IMG/VR virus record: IMGVR_UViG_3300038299_000184
Span: 63,788-127,787 of that record
Reading direction: 5' to 3' (one strand)
DNA from: a virus
DNA: 64,000 bases
Shown here: positions 50,424 to 60,424 of the stretch, piece after piece
How positions within the stretch are numbered: the stretch's first letter is position 1
Layout of the letters: each line of letters opens with the position of its first letter
The notes under the pieces: model-generated
Database searches by the model: none
The model's input: only the letters and a program-made list of their open reading frames with translations
What the model was told of the DNA's origin: nothing
Translations under genes and position numbers: made by a program

Positions 50424-50801
50424 ATGGACATTAAAGAAGTAAGTCAAGATGATGCACTAACAGTAATTGAACAGATCAATCTGGTTCAAACTGCTGAGAG
50501 TGGTAGTACCTCGCTACATTTTAGTCGATGTGGTGTGGATATTGTAAATGCTCTTGTAGCTACTGTTGATGGTATCACTGTCGGGTGGTGTGTAGAGTGG
50601 TCGAATGCTGAGTGTCACGCCATGGTGGTGCCCTCACATCGTCGTAGGGGTATCGGTAATGCTCTCATCGTTGGGATGATTAAACTGAAGTCGGAAGGCT
50701 CTGGGTTTTGCCCTTGGGATAATAGATCTATTAAATTCTATGAAACATTTAAAAATGTTGACATCCACAAGAATTACAAGTACTACATGAAGTCAGCATA
50801 A
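50424..50801 (+). CDS. GNAT acetyltransferase
   Basis: VVPSHRRRGIGNAL, SIKFYE. Confidence 0.75.
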   Translation: MDIKEVSQDDALTVIEQINLVQTAESGSTSLHFSRCGVDIVNALVATVDGITVGWCVEWSNAECHAMVVPSHRRRGIGNALIVGMIKLKSEGSGFCPWDNRSIKFYETFKNVDIHKNYKYYMKSA

Positions 50802-50842
50802 ACAGTTATTGACTTTAACCACCACTAGTATACATTACACCT

Positions 50843-51151
50843 ATGGACTACACGACCACACCCGTAGCAGATACCATCTGTTCAGCCGACAAGATCAATA
50901 AGGGGGATACCCTCATTTGTATGATTGACGAATGGAATGAAGGCGATAAAGAAAGCTTTGATTGTCACATCACCTCTTTTGAAGAAACTGGTGTGAATGT
51001 TATATATCTAAGTGGTTTCAGATCCCGCAACGACTTTGTCCCATGGGAGGATGTGGTTGCTAAGGTTGATCTTGGGAAGCCATGGATTGATCTAGAGGGA
51101 ACTGTATACAAAGGCAACTTCGAAGTTTTTAACACACCAACCACCAAATAA
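50843..51151 (+). CDS. Hypothetical protein
   Basis: ATG 34 nt after TTGACT at 50809. Confidence 0.55.
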   Translation: MDYTTTPVADTICSADKINKGDTLICMIDEWNEGDKESFDCHITSFEETGVNVIYLSGFRSRNDFVPWEDVVAKVDLGKPWIDLEGTVYKGNFEVFNTPTTK

Positions 51152-51451
51152 TATGTCCGAAGAAACGCAAACTAAACGACTAATAACCATTACCCATGTA
51201 CCCACCAATAAACAATGGGTATCCCACATGACCGACGAAGAACTTGGTAACGTTCTTGATCAAGTCGATGTAGTGAACATCGATCAACCTAGTCAAAATG
51301 GTGTACGGTGTACTAATACACGGACTTCACTGATTATAAATAATGGTCCGAACGATATTGATGGTATACGCAAGGTGTACCTACCTCATAAAATTATAAC
51401 TGAATGTAGTGTTGAATTCACCCCAGACCCATCCTAAATACATTTAACAAC

Positions 51452-51539
51452 GCGCCTATAGCGAAGCTGCCTTCTAAGCAGTGCCATATAACATCGTAAT
51501 TGGACTGGCATCTAGGTTCGAATCCTAGTGGGCGTACCA
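51452..51539 (+). tRNA. Atypical tRNA-Arg(UCU): no D arm, enlarged variable arm, encoded CCA
   Basis: Acceptor GCGCCTA/TGGGCGT-A-CCA; anticodon arm GCTGC-CTTCTAA-GCAGT; T arm CTAGG-TTCGAAT-CCTAG. Confidence 0.8.
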
Positions 51540-51752
51540 TCATAACACCACATGAATATAATACCCAAACTACTAGTGCTGGCTATTATAGCACTCATTG
51601 TACTAGCTTTCGCAATACCATCATTGATCAATTTATTTTACTCAATAGTATTGGTGGTTGTGTTCATTCTTTTATTGTTGAGTGTTGAAGGCGAGGAAGA
51701 ATAATTGTAAATAAAGTTTGACACTACACCACAATGGTGTAGGGTTCTACAC

Positions 51753-52076
51753 ATGTCCAAGCAACAACTTCCCTCAGCCATCACAGGTAAAGAATTCTTC
51801 AGCCTCATCACTCGTGGTGAGGTAGGTCTATTCCATCACTACGACCAGACCATCCCGACACTTGAGGTTGTGGAAAGCCTTACCAAATTCACGGATCGTG
51901 CTATTGAACCAGTTCGTAATTATTCTGAACGTGTTGAGGTCATCGAAGATCTCGACAAGGAGGTAATCTCTATCGGTTCAGTGATCGTACCCATCTCAGA
52001 GGACTCCGTTTACTTTGAACACCTTGGCTGCTACATCCACTCCACACCAAGTAACACTTACATTTTCACACTCTAA
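51753..52076 (+). CDS. Hypothetical protein
   Basis: After TTGACA at 51718. Confidence 0.55.
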   Translation: MSKQQLPSAITGKEFFSLITRGEVGLFHHYDQTIPTLEVVESLTKFTDRAIEPVRNYSERVEVIEDLDKEVISIGSVIVPISEDSVYFEHLGCYIHSTPSNTYIFTL

Positions 52077-52603
52077 TGACCTACCGAGAACTACCACACT
52101 TCGAGAAGCACAGCACATATTCTGTGGATATTGGATGGGACTACCTCATTCGGTGGATGACCAACGATAAAAGCGGTCTTAACGAATTCGACCTAGACCC
52201 AGACTTCCAGCGAGGTTTGGTATGGTCTGAAGATAAGAAGCGCAGCTATGTTGAATACATCCTAATGGGGGGTGTTGGCTCTCGTGACATCTACTTCAAC
52301 TGTACCACATGGAACGACTCTTTCGATACCCCCGTAGAACTTGTCGATGGCAAGCAACGTGTCCATGCGGTATTGGACTACCTCAACGGGAAACTATCAA
52401 TTTTCGACGGGCTTTACTTTAAAGACATCGAAGGTCGTATGCCCTTACAGGCTCGATTCAGTGTCCATGTCAACATCCTTAGAGATAAGAAACAAATCCT
52501 TCAGTGGTACCTTGACCTTAACTCTGGTGGTGTGGCTCACACTGATTCCGAACTCACAAGGGTTCGAGCACTGATGGACGATTTACCTCGACACCACCGT
52601 TAA
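52076..52603 (+). CDS. DUF262 (ParB-like, GmrS-type) domain protein
   Basis: PDFQRGLVW, VDGKQR, LNSGG. Confidence 0.8.
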   Translation: MTYRELPHFEKHSTYSVDIGWDYLIRWMTNDKSGLNEFDLDPDFQRGLVWSEDKKRSYVEYILMGGVGSRDIYFNCTTWNDSFDTPVELVDGKQRVHAVLDYLNGKLSIFDGLYFKDIEGRMPLQARFSVHVNILRDKKQILQWYLDLNSGGVAHTDSELTRVRALMDDLPRHHR

Positions 52604-52677
52604 AACATGTAAACTGATTGAGTGTTAATAATATATCAACACTTGAGTAAACTAATAAACTAATAAACTAATATAAT

Positions 52678-53640
52678 ATGCAAATTCAGCCCATATGTGA
52701 AATAATTAAATTCGAGGGTGATAAATTCACAGGAATCATCGTAGCTCAAATACAGAGTGTAACACGAAATCAGAAGGGTGGCTGTACCGTATGTGGTGTA
52801 GAACACTCCAATGAGAAGGCATTCAAGTTCAGCCTATTCAATGACAGTAACCTTGTTAAGGAGTTCCAAACTCTTTATGCTGGTCAGTTCATCCAACTCA
52901 AGGCAGACTTCAAACAGAGTGGTCAGTGGCTTAACGTGTACCCTATGGAGCTGGAGGTCATCGATACACCAGCACCACGGGCTGTAAAACCAGAGAAGCA
53001 AGCCGAGATTGACGAAAACTGGTCATTGATTGTGAAGACTATCAATGGTGGTACTAATAAAACCCTTAAAACCATCTGTGGTATGTTCCTTCGGGAGTAC
53101 GGTACCGAATTTAAAATGGCTGCGGCTGCTAGGGGTTACCACCATGCTGAGAAGCACGGTCTACTTCGCCACACCGCTGAGATGATGGATATTGCCATCA
53201 ACCTTAGCAATGTGGGTAGGTATAAGGATCTCAACTGGGATCTAGTGTTTGCAGGTATCCTAATGCACGACTCTGCTAAAGTGTTTGAGAACAACTATGA
53301 CGGTGACGTACAAATCGCGTCCAAGGGTGGTATCCTAGGTGGTCACATCATCAATGGTGTAACTCTAGTCGGTAACTACTTCAAAGAGCTTGAGGGCGGT
53401 TGTAAGGACTCTCTACAACATCTACGCCACATGATCATCAGCCACCACGGTCAACCCGACTGGGGTTCCCCTGTAACACCTTTGACATCCGAAGCAGTCA
53501 TGCTACACCACATTGATAACCTCAATGCTAAGGTAGAGCCAACTCTAGGTATTGAGGACAATGAAGAATACACTGATGAAGGTGATGGTGTGTTCCGCAA
53601 GTACAAGACTGTCGTGGTAACTTCACTCCCTAAAGTATAA
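52678..53640 (+). CDS. YhaM/Cbf1-like OB-fold + HD-domain 3'-5' exonuclease
   Basis: AAA..YHHA..GLLRHT, LMHDSAK, GHI, ISHHG..WGSPV.P, HHIDNL. Confidence 0.85.
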   Translation: MQIQPICEIIKFEGDKFTGIIVAQIQSVTRNQKGGCTVCGVEHSNEKAFKFSLFNDSNLVKEFQTLYAGQFIQLKADFKQSGQWLNVYPMELEVIDTPAPRAVKPEKQAEIDENWSLIVKTINGGTNKTLKTICGMFLREYGTEFKMAAAARGYHHAEKHGLLRHTAEMMDIAINLSNVGRYKDLNWDLVFAGILMHDSAKVFENNYDGDVQIASKGGILGGHIINGVTLVGNYFKELEGGCKDSLQHLRHMIISHHGQPDWGSPVTPLTSEAVMLHHIDNLNAKVEPTLGIEDNEEYTDEGDGVFRKYKTVVVTSLPKV

Positions 53641-54979
53641 ATTATGGAAACTATTGGGGAATACAATCTAGCCATTCTTGATCTGGAAGCACTTATCAAG
53701 AAATCAAGAGAGGATCTCATAGCCATTAGGATGGAGAGGGATCAATGCATCTTTGATGGTGATGTATTCCCCAATACTAACATTAAGCGGTGTACCGACC
53801 ACCCTATGGACTTGGGCGGTAGGGATAGAGACGAGGTAACTAATATGCTCAAGGATCACATTGACATATTCTGGGTACGGTGGGCAAACGAGACTCACTA
53901 CACTGATCTGGATCTATTGAGATTCCCTCAGCCCCCTAAGTGGGCTACACATGCATTTTTAACACACCACGAGGTAGAATAATGAAAGAAGTTTATGTAG
54001 TAACGGCATACCGCTTTGGCTCTATGAAGAGTCACAGCTACACTGTAGGGGTTTACCTATCTGAAAAGGCTGCTAGGGACTCTACCGAGGAAGAGGAATC
54101 TAGTCGTGATCGTAAGTACCTTTGCGCCATTGAGTTGTTCGATATCGATACTACAGTGCGCTCAATTATTATGACCACTGAAGACGTTAGAAACTACGAT
54201 TGGTAAACTATTTTCACATTCATACCCTTTTTATCTTTACAAAACTACAGAAATAACTACAGTACTGACATGGCAACACCAAATACGCCCGATGAGGCAC
54301 AAATTAACAAATTCGCAGACGAACTAATCAACGAAGTAGGCGGCGACAAAGCCGAAGCTGGCTTTGGTCATCTAGACATCTCGCAAGATGAACTAGATGA
54401 ATGTATCGAACACAACTTCGGTAGTCAGTCGAACTCACAGTCTGATGATTTCGGTTTCGACGAAGAAAACTACCACTATTAATATCATGAACCCAACTTA
54501 TATTACATTCCTTGCATCCAACCTAGTTTACGTTGTGATTGTGTTACTAGCAATCATCAACTTATCAAGTAACTGGGGTTCTCTATCGAAAGGTGGTGGG
54601 GTAAAAGGATACGATAAAGTGGTCGCCAGACATCTAATCTATGTTGGTATCGGTGTTGTGAACTCACTAGTGTGGTCAATCAGTGGTATCATGTCACTAA
54701 TCATCTTTCTAAAATAATGGAACTTATTAAAATCAACATCTTCGAATTTAGGGATGACCCTACTAAGAAAATCTGGGTGTGTGATCACTACCTAATGACC
54801 GACAAGCGTCAAAGTATGGACAGGTTAGAATGTATCGCAAAGCTGGTTAATAAGATCGTAGCCGAACAGAACCCGTTGGGGTTGGATAGCGGTAACCAAA
54901 TCTCGTATGAGACTTCGGTGGTCTGTACAGACGGAAGCATTTTACTTGATTAGACTGCCCGTAAGGTGTAATTACTTTC

Positions 54980-55225
54980 ATGGAAAATGAGATGGTTACA
55001 AACCTACAAAGATATAGATGTTTGCATCTAGCACTTATCAATATAAAGTTGGTTAACGCGAACTACTTTGAGATGGTGGATGCACTAGGTTTCGAAGTAG
55101 TTGATAACCTTAAAAGTGTGTTGTGTGATGTCATAGAAGATTCTATAATAGACCCCTCTATGTATCTAGAAGATTGGATTGAGAGATTTGATGATCTGAT
55201 GAGATTAAACGACGAATTTGTATAA
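54980..55225 (+). CDS. Hypothetical protein
   Basis: TAATTA-N5-ATG. Confidence 0.5.
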   Translation: MENEMVTNLQRYRCLHLALINIKLVNANYFEMVDALGFEVVDNLKSVLCDVIEDSIIDPSMYLEDWIERFDDLMRLNDEFV

Positions 55226-55679
55226 TGGCAACCGTAACTATCAAGGGGTTCTTAGAAGCCAAACCCGAAAAAAGTGTTCTACAGTATAGCAGTGAGTTTG
55301 TACCACGCATTGGTGAAAGCCTAAAGCATGGTAATAAGGAACTGTTCATACTTAAAGTGACATACATCATTGATAAAGAGTTGGAGGTTCATATCGTGAT
55401 TTCTAAACAAAAATCAACCACCACCGAAACACCACTCAGTGAAATTGGGCATATTGAGGTCAATAACGACTCGATTTTCAATGACGAGGAGTGGGATAAT
55501 CAATAACAATATCATGCAAGATAATCAATATTCGATTCACCGTAGCGGTGAAGTATCCAAGGTTGGGTGTAGGGAAAAGGTGGTGTAGGTACTAAAATTC
55601 GACGACATTCGCGCCAAAATACAAACTAGAATTGCACCACCACGGGTTGATGGGAGACCTAGAAGGTCTAGTTAGCTTC

Positions 55680-55713
55680 AAAAGGAGAGTGATATAATTC
55701 ACTCTCCTTTTTT
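55680..55713 (+). terminator. Intrinsic (bidirectional) terminator
   Basis: AAAAGGAGAGTGA-TATAAT-TCACTCTCCTTTTTT. Confidence 0.8.
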
Positions 55714-55819
55714 TATTTCACATATTTAACAGTTTCTACTTGACGCAAAACCATATTTAAGTAGTATGGCGACAGCAAAGCAAATACTGCCTAGCACAAC
55801 CTTAATACACTACACCACT

Positions 55820-56026
55820 ATGAGCGATCTTACTAAATTCCAAGTCCACCCTAACTGCATCTCTTGCGGCAGATGTTTCGAACACGCACCAAACAACTTT
55901 GATGCAGATATTGACAGAGGTGCTGGGCGCTCCTTCGTATGTAAACAACCCGAGACAGAAGATGAAGTCGAAGCCTGTCTTGAAGCAATCGACCTCTGCC
56001 CAGTTGAAGCAATCGAAGAACTCTAA
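55820..56026 (+). CDS. Single-cluster ferredoxin
   Basis: CISCGRC...CPVEAI. Confidence 0.85.
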   Translation: MSDLTKFQVHPNCISCGRCFEHAPNNFDADIDRGAGRSFVCKQPETEDEVEACLEAIDLCPVEAIEEL

Positions 56027-56197
56027 ACACTATGAACACATATAAGGTAACGTACTACGACAACGGTAAGGTGGTGTTTGATTACACTGGTAAAGGCCAG
56101 TCACCCATCGTGGTGATGTGTAAGGCTGAGGATGTACTCAAGCTTTATGACTTCCTAGACACCGCAACAGGTCGTGAAATCAAAGTAGTGAAAGTCG

Positions 56198-56653
56198 ATG
56201 AGTGATATACAAATTGACTATTACGAGCTGATCGGTTTGTACCGCACACAGGATGGTCAGGATTACTACGAAAGATACCCTCTGGTGCCTTTCGGGTGTC
56301 TAGCACCAGACACTGAGGAGTGGTACACACAAGGTGTTAACCGTCTTAACAAGGATAAAACCGTCAACGAAACTCTGGAGGGTCTTAGGAGTATAGGGAC
56401 CTTCCTTCACACCCGTTTCTACGATACGGCACAACTGGGATCATACAAGACACTGTACGATGGTAAGTTGGCTATCCATAAGATCAACCATGATTTAGTG
56501 GAGGGTCGATACACTAGACTCATACTTGCACCTAGAGCATTTGGGTGGCACGGTAGAGGTTCCCGCAAACATTATAGATACTTCATCTATGATGAGGAGA
56601 ACGGATTTGAGGAATGTGATACCTTTAAACACCATGAAAACATCATCTACTAG
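56198..56653 (+). CDS. Hypothetical protein
   Basis: 151-aa ORF in operon. Confidence 0.5.
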   Translation: MSDIQIDYYELIGLYRTQDGQDYYERYPLVPFGCLAPDTEEWYTQGVNRLNKDKTVNETLEGLRSIGTFLHTRFYDTAQLGSYKTLYDGKLAIHKINHDLVEGRYTRLILAPRAFGWHGRGSRKHYRYFIYDEENGFEECDTFKHHENIIY

Positions 56654-57309
56654 TATAAATCGATTTAGGGATTGTATAATTAATACTATGCAATTCTCAT
56701 TCGAGTGGCAAGGGGTTGATATACTACGAATTAAGGATGGGACAAGAGATTGTTACATGTTCATTGATAAGAATGGTAATGAAATTGTCGAGTACTGTAA
56801 CCATTACGGGTTCAACAGACTGGCACTTCGAGAACTTAAACTTAAAATAGTTCTCTACTTAAAAAACCAGTGGGTGTTGCCTCAGTCATAACGACTGGGG
56901 TTTTTTTGTGTTGACATTTGTGGGGCAGCGTGTATAGTGCGGGTACTAATCGACCAAACATCGATAACTTAATATAAATATGAGCGAACTACAACATGTG
57001 GAATTTATGAAATTCCCACCATTGGTTGACCCTTTACAGGTCATGATATTTGACGATGCATCCATTGTGATGCTACATTTTAACACGTCTAGGAAGGCCG
57101 AATCCTTATTTGATGCCGAACACTGGCGTTACGATGATGTAGATATGGACTTCTATGTCGAAGGCAGACTTGGTATTACCGAGAATATGAGACACAGTGA
57201 AATTAGACATCTGACGACACTGGTAACCGAACTAGTTGATAAACACAATGCGTTCCGTTAGACTTATTTAATTTGACACAAACCAATATACATTATACAA
57301 TAAACGTCT

Positions 57310-58422
57310 ATGAATAAACTAATGATTATACCCAAACAGATTCATGTTGGGTACGTTAATAGAAATGATACATATACAGGGAAACTTGCTTATGTCATCT
57401 ACACAGATGCTAAGGGCGTCAAACGCAAACAGGTATCTTGGGACGGTTGGCGCGATGATAAACTGACACCACTTGATACTGATAATGTACCCACTTCTGG
57501 GTTTGTATTGAATAAGAACGGTGGCGGTGGTCGAGGCGGGTGGAATTCTCGTAATGAGTTCATCCGAGTGTATGACCCTCGTGGTTTCGAATTTGAGATT
57601 TCACTGGCTAACCTCTTGTACATCCTACAGGAAACTACTAGTACTAAAGGTAAGGGTCTTGAAGGCGAGTTCGTCTATGCTTGGGATGGTACTAGTTTGG
57701 TTCTCCTACCCGTAGGAACACCAGAGTATGTCAAATCTACTGAACACTCCCAACTCCAGTCTAAGAAACTCACAGCTAAAGACATGGAAGTTGGTCATGA
57801 GTACACCACCAAAAATGGGAATAAGCTTGTGTACATGGGTCGTGGTAACTTCGTTGATGGTGGTGGTTATTATTTCTCTGTGGATAAGGTCGTTAAAGAC
57901 CATATCTATGCATTGGTCACAAATGGTACTTATAGATTCATCCGTAAGGGCGGTTTCACACACCTCGGAGCTAAGGTATCTGATAGTGAATATGGTGATT
58001 GGGTTAATGTATTGAAAGAATTCAACAAAACTCGACACCACCTAGATGTTAAAGGGCTGAGTTTTAAACCAAACCAAGTAATTGATGGAAACCATCTCGC
58101 ATACCGACCACTTGGTGATGGTAAATATGGTATCTATGATATATCCCAAAAAAGTAATGGTAGATGGGGTGAATCCCATAAGGAAACCGATTACATTTAT
58201 AAGTATGGAGAGGCTACATTTGTGGATAATAAACTTATCATCGACAGGCTTGGTAACAGCAACTGGTGGAGTGGTAGAGATGTACACCCATTAATGGTGG
58301 AGGATATCACACCTACAAGTGTTACAGGTGAAAAATGGAGTAAGGTAAAACATTTTACATACCCCGAAGGCTATGGTGCCCTATACCTTGAATTCTCTGA
58401 TGGGAAAACACTAAAAATTTGA
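57310..58422 (+). CDS. Conserved-type large-phage hypothetical protein
   Basis: 370 aa; KLAYVIY...SWDGWRD...RVYDPRGFEFEIS..NL; ATG 37 nt after TTGACA. Confidence 0.65.
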   Translation: MNKLMIIPKQIHVGYVNRNDTYTGKLAYVIYTDAKGVKRKQVSWDGWRDDKLTPLDTDNVPTSGFVLNKNGGGGRGGWNSRNEFIRVYDPRGFEFEISLANLLYILQETTSTKGKGLEGEFVYAWDGTSLVLLPVGTPEYVKSTEHSQLQSKKLTAKDMEVGHEYTTKNGNKLVYMGRGNFVDGGGYYFSVDKVVKDHIYALVTNGTYRFIRKGGFTHLGAKVSDSEYGDWVNVLKEFNKTRHHLDVKGLSFKPNQVIDGNHLAYRPLGDGKYGIYDISQKSNGRWGESHKETDYIYKYGEATFVDNKLIIDRLGNSNWWSGRDVHPLMVEDITPTSVTGEKWSKVKHFTYPEGYGALYLEFSDGKTLKI

Positions 58423-58425
58423 TTT

Positions 58426-58854
58426 ATGAACGAAGAAGATAAAGTAATACAGAAACTGTTTGATAAGGCCAAACAGAAACGGGCGGCAATTGACAAGGTC
58501 AAACGTGCTGAGTACAAGACTAACCAGATTTTCTCTTGGGATGATACACTACGAAACACCTCTAACTTAAATATTATGAGTATTCGTGAACTTACCAACG
58601 TACTATCTAAGTTGTGTTGTGAGCGCAATAATTGGAATGAGGCCAATAAGTTATTATGTATTAACACCAAGTTTGAGTGGTGTAACCACTCTTTCGAAGA
58701 CTGGTTACATGATATCAAAAACAAGGTTGACAACTTGAACATCAGAACTAAGGTGAAAGAGCTTAATGTTCTTGAAGCTAAGTTGGATAAACTCATCAGC
58801 CCCGAAATGAAGCGCAAGCTTGAAATCGAGGCAATCTCAAAGGAACTAGAGTAA
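58426..58854 (+). CDS. Coiled-coil hypothetical protein
   Basis: Operonic; heptad-rich C-terminus. Confidence 0.55.
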   Translation: MNEEDKVIQKLFDKAKQKRAAIDKVKRAEYKTNQIFSWDDTLRNTSNLNIMSIRELTNVLSKLCCERNNWNEANKLLCINTKFEWCNHSFEDWLHDIKNKVDNLNIRTKVKELNVLEAKLDKLISPEMKRKLEIEAISKELE

Positions 58855-58875
58855 TGAATCCCACAACGAATACTC

Positions 58876-59418
58876 ATGAGTGATAAAGCAGTTTTATACG
58901 ATAGCGACCTATATGGTGGTAAGGTGGATCTAACCAACAACAGAATTTATTTCTGTGGCGGTATTTTCTCCCAGTGGGCAAAGTGTGAATTTAAATGCTT
59001 TGATCTTGACGAGACACTAAACTGTAGTGAACAAGGTATGATGCTATGGAAGGCTAGGATGTTCGAGGATCAAGAATCTTATGTTAAAATCTTGAAATCT
59101 AAAGACCCTAGAGAACAGAAGGCATTTGGTCGTAAGGTTAAGAACTTCAACCCAGACGAATGGTCTGGGGTTGCACGTAGTTTAGTTACAGAACTCAACT
59201 ACCAGAAGTTTTCTCAACACCCACAGTGGCGGGAGCTTCTGATTCTAACAGGTGATTCCGAAATTGTTGAGGCATCAGCATATGATAAGATTTGGGGTAT
59301 TGGTCTAGCACCCGACGATCCAAATGTTACGGATAAATCCAAGTGGCAAGGTGATAACCTCCTAGGTAAGGCTATCATGGATGCACGAACTCGTATTGTA
59401 GGGGGTCTCTATGAGTAA
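58876..59418 (+). CDS. NADAR (YbiA-family) hydrolase
   Basis: FSQW, SEQGMMLWKA, KFSQ, VEASAYDKIWGIG, GDNLLG. Confidence 0.9.
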   Translation: MSDKAVLYDSDLYGGKVDLTNNRIYFCGGIFSQWAKCEFKCFDLDETLNCSEQGMMLWKARMFEDQESYVKILKSKDPREQKAFGRKVKNFNPDEWSGVARSLVTELNYQKFSQHPQWRELLILTGDSEIVEASAYDKIWGIGLAPDDPNVTDKSKWQGDNLLGKAIMDARTRIVGGLYE

Positions 59419-59818
59419 ATTCGACGAGAGTATCAAAGTTATCAAGCTTAAAGGGTTCAACAACCCTTCGTATGATAACGACACCGTTCGTGAGTTGATC
59501 GATGAGATCATCGAGACAGGTAATGGGCAACTAAACCCAATGGTAAGTAACCAATATATCATGAGTGGTGTTAAGGTAGAACTCGAAGCACTCAAAGGTA
59601 AGTTGCTAGTTAAGTACATACAGGCTATCAACAAGGGTGAGGGTTCTGGTACGGAGGTGATGGAAGATATTCTTGAACTAGCAGAACACTATGTGACCGA
59701 TGTTACCGTATCACCTAAAGCAGTGGGTGACACCACTGAAGAACAACTCAGAGGGTGGTATTCCCGACTGGGTTTTGTAGAAGACGGTAACGATGGTTAC
59801 ATGACAAAATTTGCTTAA
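59411..59818 (+). CDS. Tag-B GNAT-like acetyltransferase
   Basis: MSKFDESIKVI; KGEGSGTEVM, LRGWYSRLGF. Confidence 0.7.
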   Translation: MSKFDESIKVIKLKGFNNPSYDNDTVRELIDEIIETGNGQLNPMVSNQYIMSGVKVELEALKGKLLVKYIQAINKGEGSGTEVMEDILELAEHYVTDVTVSPKAVGDTTEEQLRGWYSRLGFVEDGNDGYMTKFA

Positions 59819-59836
59819 AATACAATACATAAAATA

Positions 59837-60343
59837 ATGGATAAAGACCAAAAGAACGTAAGAGAGTTCATGCAGAAAGCTGGACAAGATACACCCGATG
59901 TACTAACAATCCCAGACGAGGCAACTCGTATTCTGCGTGTCAAGATTCTCCTTGAGGAGGTTTTTGAATATGCTGATGCTATGGGTGTTGGTATTTATAA
60001 TAAATCCACAGGTGCTGCAAAGGATAACGTTAATGATGACACTGTAGAGTTTGTCATCAAAGGTGATGTTGACCTTGTCGAAGTAGCTGATGCTATTGCT
60101 GACGTGGACTATATCAATAACGGTAACGCTATTGCTATGGGTATCGACATGGAACCTGTCAAGGTTGAGGTACAACGCTCTAACATGAGTAAGTTCATCG
60201 ACGGTCATCGCAGAGATGACGGTAAATGGGTCAAAGGGCCGAGTTATAGTCCTGCTGATGTGGCTGGTGAACTAGTCACACAGTTTGATAGTGAACAGTG
60301 TAGTGAGGCTGTAAAGGGTTCACTAAGAACACATCTGTCGTAG
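59837..60343 (+). CDS. MazG-like / PRA-PH NTP pyrophosphohydrolase
   Basis: VREFM, LEEVFE, EVADAIAD, EVQRSNMSK. Confidence 0.85.
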   Translation: MDKDQKNVREFMQKAGQDTPDVLTIPDEATRILRVKILLEEVFEYADAMGVGIYNKSTGAAKDNVNDDTVEFVIKGDVDLVEVADAIADVDYINNGNAIAMGIDMEPVKVEVQRSNMSKFIDGHRRDDGKWVKGPSYSPADVAGELVTQFDSEQCSEAVKGSLRTHLS

Positions 60344-60357
60344 ACATACAATCACAC

Positions 60358-60388
60358 AAGGGTGGTGCCGTAAGGTATCACCCTTTTT
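60358..60388 (+). terminator. Terminator followed by TTGACA
   Basis: AAGGGTGGTGCC-GTAA-GGTATCACCCTTTTT. Confidence 0.8.
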
Positions 60389-60424
60389 TATTTGACAAAC
60401 ACCACTGGTGTGTTACAACTAGTC

